DNA of 46,447 nucleotides from an uncultured Negativicutes bacterium (GTDB lineage: Bacteria; Bacillota; Negativicutes; JBAXTZ01): positions 1 to 46,447 of the forward strand of contig CAVRJL010000011.1 of NCBI GenBank assembly GCA_963721525.1, in the 5' to 3' direction. This document shows positions 41,894 to 46,447 of the stretch, in pieces (position 1 is the first letter of the stretch; each line of letters starts with the position of its first letter). A program made the position numbers and the translations under genes. The notes under the pieces are model-generated. The model did no database searches. It saw nothing but the letters and a program-made list of their open reading frames with translations, and was not told where the DNA came from.

Positions 41894-42651
41894 TAGTTCT
41901 CCGACAATTTAATAATTTTGCTAAATTCATTAGCATTTAAACTTGCTTTACCTACCAATACTCCGTTAATATCTCTCATTTTCATTATTTCAAAATAATT
42001 ATTAGAGTTGACACTTCCTCCATATAAAATACGAATATTTTCAGCTACTTTTTCACTAAACATTTTTGCTATTTCTTTTCTAATGCTTACACATACATTA
42101 TTAGTATCCTGACTTGTTGCTGTTTTTCCTGTACCAATAGCCCATATTGGCTCATATGCTATAACGATTTTTATCGCATCTTGTGTAGAAATCCCAATCA
42201 GCCCTTTATTTAGTTGTTCGGAGCATTTTTTTTCTGTACCTATACTTTCTTTTTCTTGTAAAGTTTCACCAATGCATATTATAGAAACAATATTTTCTTT
42301 TAACGACGCTTTAACTTTTTTATTAATCATTTCATTTGTTTCGTTAAAATGATGACGTCTTTCACTATGTCCAATTAGAGCGTATTTGCAGCCCATTTTT
42401 TTTAGCATATAGGCAGAAATTTCTCCCGTAAAAGCCCCTTCTTTTTCCCAAAATAAATTTTGTGCACCTATTTGAATATTAGTTTCTTTAACCTCTTCCA
42501 ATGCTGTTTGTATAGAAATCAAAGGAGGAAAGATTATAATATCGGTATTATTTTTATCCTTAACTAACTCAATTAAATTTTTTATTACATTCCTTGTTTG
42601 TGCTGTAGTTTTATACATTTTCCAATTACCTGCAACAATTTTTTTACTCAT
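41893..42651 (-). CDS. tpiA: triosephosphate isomerase
   Basis: AGNWKM, GHSERR, AYEPIWAIGTG and LYGGSV motifs; start set at the ATG at 42651 just after the pgk stop. Confidence 0.97.
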   Translation of the reverse strand: MSKKIVAGNWKMYKTTAQTRNVIKNLIELVKDKNNTDIIIFPPLISIQTALEEVKETNIQIGAQNLFWEKEGAFTGEISAYMLKKMGCKYALIGHSERRHHFNETNEMINKKVKASLKENIVSIICIGETLQEKESIGTEKKCSEQLNKGLIGISTQDAIKIVIAYEPIWAIGTGKTATSQDTNNVCVSIRKEIAKMFSEKVAENIRILYGGSVNSNNYFEIMKMRDINGVLVGKASLNANEFSKIIKLSEN

Positions 42652-42652
42652 T

Positions 42653-43831
42653 TTATTTTTTTTCAATAACAGCAATTCCAGGTAGAAGTTTACCTTCTAA
42701 AAATTCTAGACTTGCTCCCCCTCCTGTAGAAATATGATACATTTTATCTGTTAATCCCACCTTTTTTATAGCAGATATTGAATCTCCACCCCCAATAATT
42801 GTTATTCCTTTATTATTGGCTACAGCTTTAGCCAATTCTATTGTTCCTGTTGCAAAATTACTAAATTCAAATACCCCCATAGATCCATTCCACACTATTA
42901 ATTTTGCTTCTGTCAAAGCATCAATATATTGTTTTACCGTCTCTATACCAATATCAAGTATCATCCAATTATTTGGTATTTGCTCAATTTTAACTGTTTC
43001 GTAATTGCTTTCATTAGAAAATTTATCACTAACGACAACATCAATAGGTAATAATAACTTTACATTTTTTTCTTGTGCATCGTTAATTATTTCTTTTGCT
43101 AACTCTATTGTATCCTTTTCTATCAGCGATTTGCCTATATTGTAATCTTTTGCCGCTAAAAAAACATTTGCCATACCACCACCTATAATTAAAATATCTA
43201 TTTTATCTATTAAATTTTTTATCGCACCTATTTTATCGGATATTTTAGCTCCTCCTATAATAGCAGCATAAGGATGAATACGCTTATTCATTATTTTGGA
43301 TAAAATTTTAATTTCTTTTCCCATTAATAAACCGGTAACTATAGGAATAAATTTCCCTATTCCTTCAACTGAAGCATGCGTTCGATGAGATACACTAAAT
43401 GCATCATTCACAGCAACCTCCGCAATTTTTGCCAATTTTTCACTAAATTTATCATCATTTTTTTCTTCATGTTCATAAAATCTTAAATTTTCTAATAATA
43501 TAATATCACCATAATTCATGATATTTATTGCCTGATGTATTTTCTCCCCTACACAATCGTCAACAAACTTTACTTTTTTATTTAATAAGTTACTTAACCT
43601 TTCAGCTATAGGTTTTAAAGTATAGTTAAAGTTACGTATTCCTTTAGGTCGGCCTAAATGAGAAACAATAATAATTTTACTTTTTTGTTTTATAAGGAAT
43701 TCAAGTGTGGGTAAATTTGCTTTTATTCTCGTGTCATCTGCAATGATCCCATTTATCATCGGCACATTATAATCTGCTCGTACCAATACACGCTTATTTT
43801 TCATATCAATATCATATATTGATTTTTTCAA
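42653..43831 (-). CDS. pgk: phosphoglycerate kinase
   Basis: RADYNVP, SHLGRPKG, LLENLRF, GGAKISDKI, GGGDS and HISTGGGASLEFLEG motifs. Confidence 0.98.
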   Translation of the reverse strand: MKKSIYDIDMKNKRVLVRADYNVPMINGIIADDTRIKANLPTLEFLIKQKSKIIIVSHLGRPKGIRNFNYTLKPIAERLSNLLNKKVKFVDDCVGEKIHQAINIMNYGDIILLENLRFYEHEEKNDDKFSEKLAKIAEVAVNDAFSVSHRTHASVEGIGKFIPIVTGLLMGKEIKILSKIMNKRIHPYAAIIGGAKISDKIGAIKNLIDKIDILIIGGGMANVFLAAKDYNIGKSLIEKDTIELAKEIINDAQEKNVKLLLPIDVVVSDKFSNESNYETVKIEQIPNNWMILDIGIETVKQYIDALTEAKLIVWNGSMGVFEFSNFATGTIELAKAVANNKGITIIGGGDSISAIKKVGLTDKMYHISTGGGASLEFLEGKLLPGIAVIEKK

Positions 43832-43846
43832 ATTCTCTCCTATTAT

Positions 43847-43894
43847 AAAAAAAGAGCATAAAGATGAAATACGTTGATTTCAAGTTTTGCTCCC
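43847..43894 (-). terminator. stem-loop plus U-tract between gap and pgk
   Basis: Minus strand GAGCA..TGAAAT-caacgt-ATTTCA..TGCTC followed by TTTTTTT. Confidence 0.6.
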
Positions 43895-43912
43895 TGAAAA
43901 TTTTGTATTTTA

Positions 43913-44998
<1,086 letters not shown>

Positions 44999-45006
44999 CT
45001 AAAAAT

Positions 45007-45035
45007 ATTATACTGTATGGTCTCTATACAGTCAA
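45007..45035 (-). promoter_or_regulatory. sigma-A promoter of the gap operon with an embedded palindrome (candidate operator)
   Basis: TTGACT-N17-TATAAT; the inverted repeat ACTGTAT-N7-ATACAGT (45012..45032) fills the spacer and touches both boxes. Confidence 0.8.
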
Positions 45036-45057
45036 AACTGTTTTTTCTATTTGTATA

Positions 45058-46197
45058 TTATATGATTTTATCTTCTAAATATAAAACTTTATGTAAAGGT
45101 AAAGTAGCTGCTCCAATAATTGTTGCTTTATCTTCAATATCGACAAATTTTATTTTTTTTGCATTTTCCCCTAAATAATTTGTAATTTCCCTAAATAACT
45201 TATCCGCATATTTTGAAATTATTCCTTCGACCAAAATTATTTCTGGCGCATATGCTAGACATAAATTATAAATACCGACGCAAAAATATTTTATATATCT
45301 TTCACATATTTTCACAGCAACATCATCTTTTTTAAGATATAAATCATAAACTTCTTTCGCATTTTCAACCACTTTTTTTGCAACTTTATTATACTCTTCT
45401 AACAATGCTTTATTTGATATCGCTTTATTCCAACAGCCTTTTTCTCCACATTCACATTCTTTACCACCAACCTCCACAACCATATGTCCTAAAGATTTAT
45501 TAGTAGAAGAACGGCTATGAAACACATTCCCGTGCAATACAATTCCTACATCTATTTCGTCACTTATTGAAATATAAAGAGCATTTTTCCCTTCATTATC
45601 TGTAGACTGTATTTCAGCTAACGCGGCCACATTTGTACAGTTTTCAAACATTATGGGAATTGATACCCCCTCTATATTAACTTTATTATTTATTATTATC
45701 GTTTGTTCTAAATCAATAAATTTATCAACCAAAGCCCAAGAAATTCCTACTCCGATACCAATTATATTTGTAGTTATAATATTTGCTTCTTTTATCGTTT
45801 TACTAATTTTTCTTACTAATTCTTGATCGCAATAATTAGTAAGAATACAATCGATTGGATATTCTTTATTGTAAACTACTTTTAAATCTAAATCAATAAC
45901 AGCTATTTCCAACATTCCTTGACAAATACTTATACCAATAGAATGCAGGGAATTAGGTATAAAATCATAAACACTCGGTTTCCTACCAGCTGTTTTTAAT
46001 TCTCCTTGTCCAATAATTTTAACAATACCTTTTTGTACAAATTCATCTGTAACTTTTGAAACGGTAGTCATACTAACTCCTGAATGACGTACTAAATCAT
46101 TTTTTGTAAATCTCCTTATCTGCATTGCAGTATGCAAAATGCGCTTTTCATTTGCTTCTTTTATTGTACTATGCACTACAGTTTCTAAATTTGACAT
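45058..46197 (-). CDS. ROK family transcriptional regulator (XylR/NagC-like) with degenerate sugar-binding motifs
   Basis: N-terminal HTH (KNDLVRHSGVSMTTVSKVTDEF), GRKP linker, GHM...CECGEKGCW Zn motif; ATG at 46197 behind GGAGG. Confidence 0.9.
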   Translation of the reverse strand: MSNLETVVHSTIKEANEKRILHTAMQIRRFTKNDLVRHSGVSMTTVSKVTDEFVQKGIVKIIGQGELKTAGRKPSVYDFIPNSLHSIGISICQGMLEIAVIDLDLKVVYNKEYPIDCILTNYCDQELVRKISKTIKEANIITTNIIGIGVGISWALVDKFIDLEQTIIINNKVNIEGVSIPIMFENCTNVAALAEIQSTDNEGKNALYISISDEIDVGIVLHGNVFHSRSSTNKSLGHMVVEVGGKECECGEKGCWNKAISNKALLEEYNKVAKKVVENAKEVYDLYLKKDDVAVKICERYIKYFCVGIYNLCLAYAPEIILVEGIISKYADKLFREITNYLGENAKKIKFVDIEDKATIIGAATLPLHKVLYLEDKII

Positions 46198-46241
46198 AAT
46201 TACCTCCAAATATTTTTATAACTATATAAAACAAAAAATTG

Positions 46242-46301
46242 ATAAATTATAATATATTTATAATTTATATTAATTATACTTCATTTTTTTTATTATGTTA
46301 A
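46242..46301 (-). promoter_or_regulatory. candidate promoter and operator of the ROK gene
   Basis: TTAACA(46301-46296)-N17-TATAAT(46278-46273), followed by a perfect 11-bp inverted repeat ATAAATTATAA-N5-TTATAATTTAT (46242..46268); very AT-rich, so chance matches are possible. Confidence 0.5.
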
Positions 46302-46447
46302 ATAAATATCAAATTATTATGTTAAATAAATATCAAATTATTATGTTAAATAAATATCAAATTATTATGTTAAATAAATATCAAATTATTATGTTAAATA
46401 AATATCAAATTATTATGTTAAATAAATATCAAATTATTATGTTAAAT
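46290..46447. repeat. tandem repeat of at least 6.5 exact copies of 24 bp (TTATTATGTTAAATAAATATCAAA), running off the window end
   Basis: Directly visible; no spacers between units. Confidence 0.98.

Noticed and set aside
45013-45031. LexA/SOS box in the gap promoter
   Set aside because: Spacing is CTGT-N11-ACAG rather than the proteobacterial N8, and Bacillota LexA recognises GAAC-N4-GTTC.
46290-46447. CRISPR array interpretation of the 24-bp repeats (and the 16-bp repeats at 40274..40337)
   Set aside because: Units are directly adjacent with no unique spacers, and there are no cas genes in the window.

Overview
Very AT-rich bacterial chromosome segment (by eye roughly 25-30% GC, not computed) made almost entirely of Bacillota housekeeping genes. 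The ArgS and RNA polymerase delta sequences look Negativicutes-like (recalled similarity, not searched). It contains a partial dcw cluster (rsmH-ftsL-murE-murF), argS-rpoE-pyrG, a MATE exporter, four tRNAs, tmk-holB-ricT-rsmI-metG-tatD, kdpABCD, infC-rpmI-rplT-trmH with an L20 leader, recG, rpmB, lon-engB, a nitroreductase/nupG/fumC islet, ispE, yitT and a ROK regulator followed by gap-pgk-tpiA-gpmI-eno. No mobile elements or CRISPR arrays were seen. The dominant signal is ongoing genome reduction typical of a host-restricted symbiont: readable gene ghosts in the spacers (mraZ, an Orn/Lys/Arg decarboxylase, kdpF, the ricT C-terminus) and clean loss of usual neighbours (ftsI, kdpE, cggR). The most notable items are: (1) pyrG broken by two mutually compensating frameshifts about 100 nt apart; (2) a full-length KdpD whose phospho-acceptor His is Tyr, with no kdpE; (3) a glycosomal/Treponema-type GAPDH inside a Bacillota glycolytic operon, with a palindrome-containing promoter and an upstream ROK repressor that has lost its sugar-binding residues; (4) a 24-bp tandem array that supplies the -35 box of that ROK gene; (5) a Bacteroidota-like NupG nucleoside permease that could compensate for pyrG loss.
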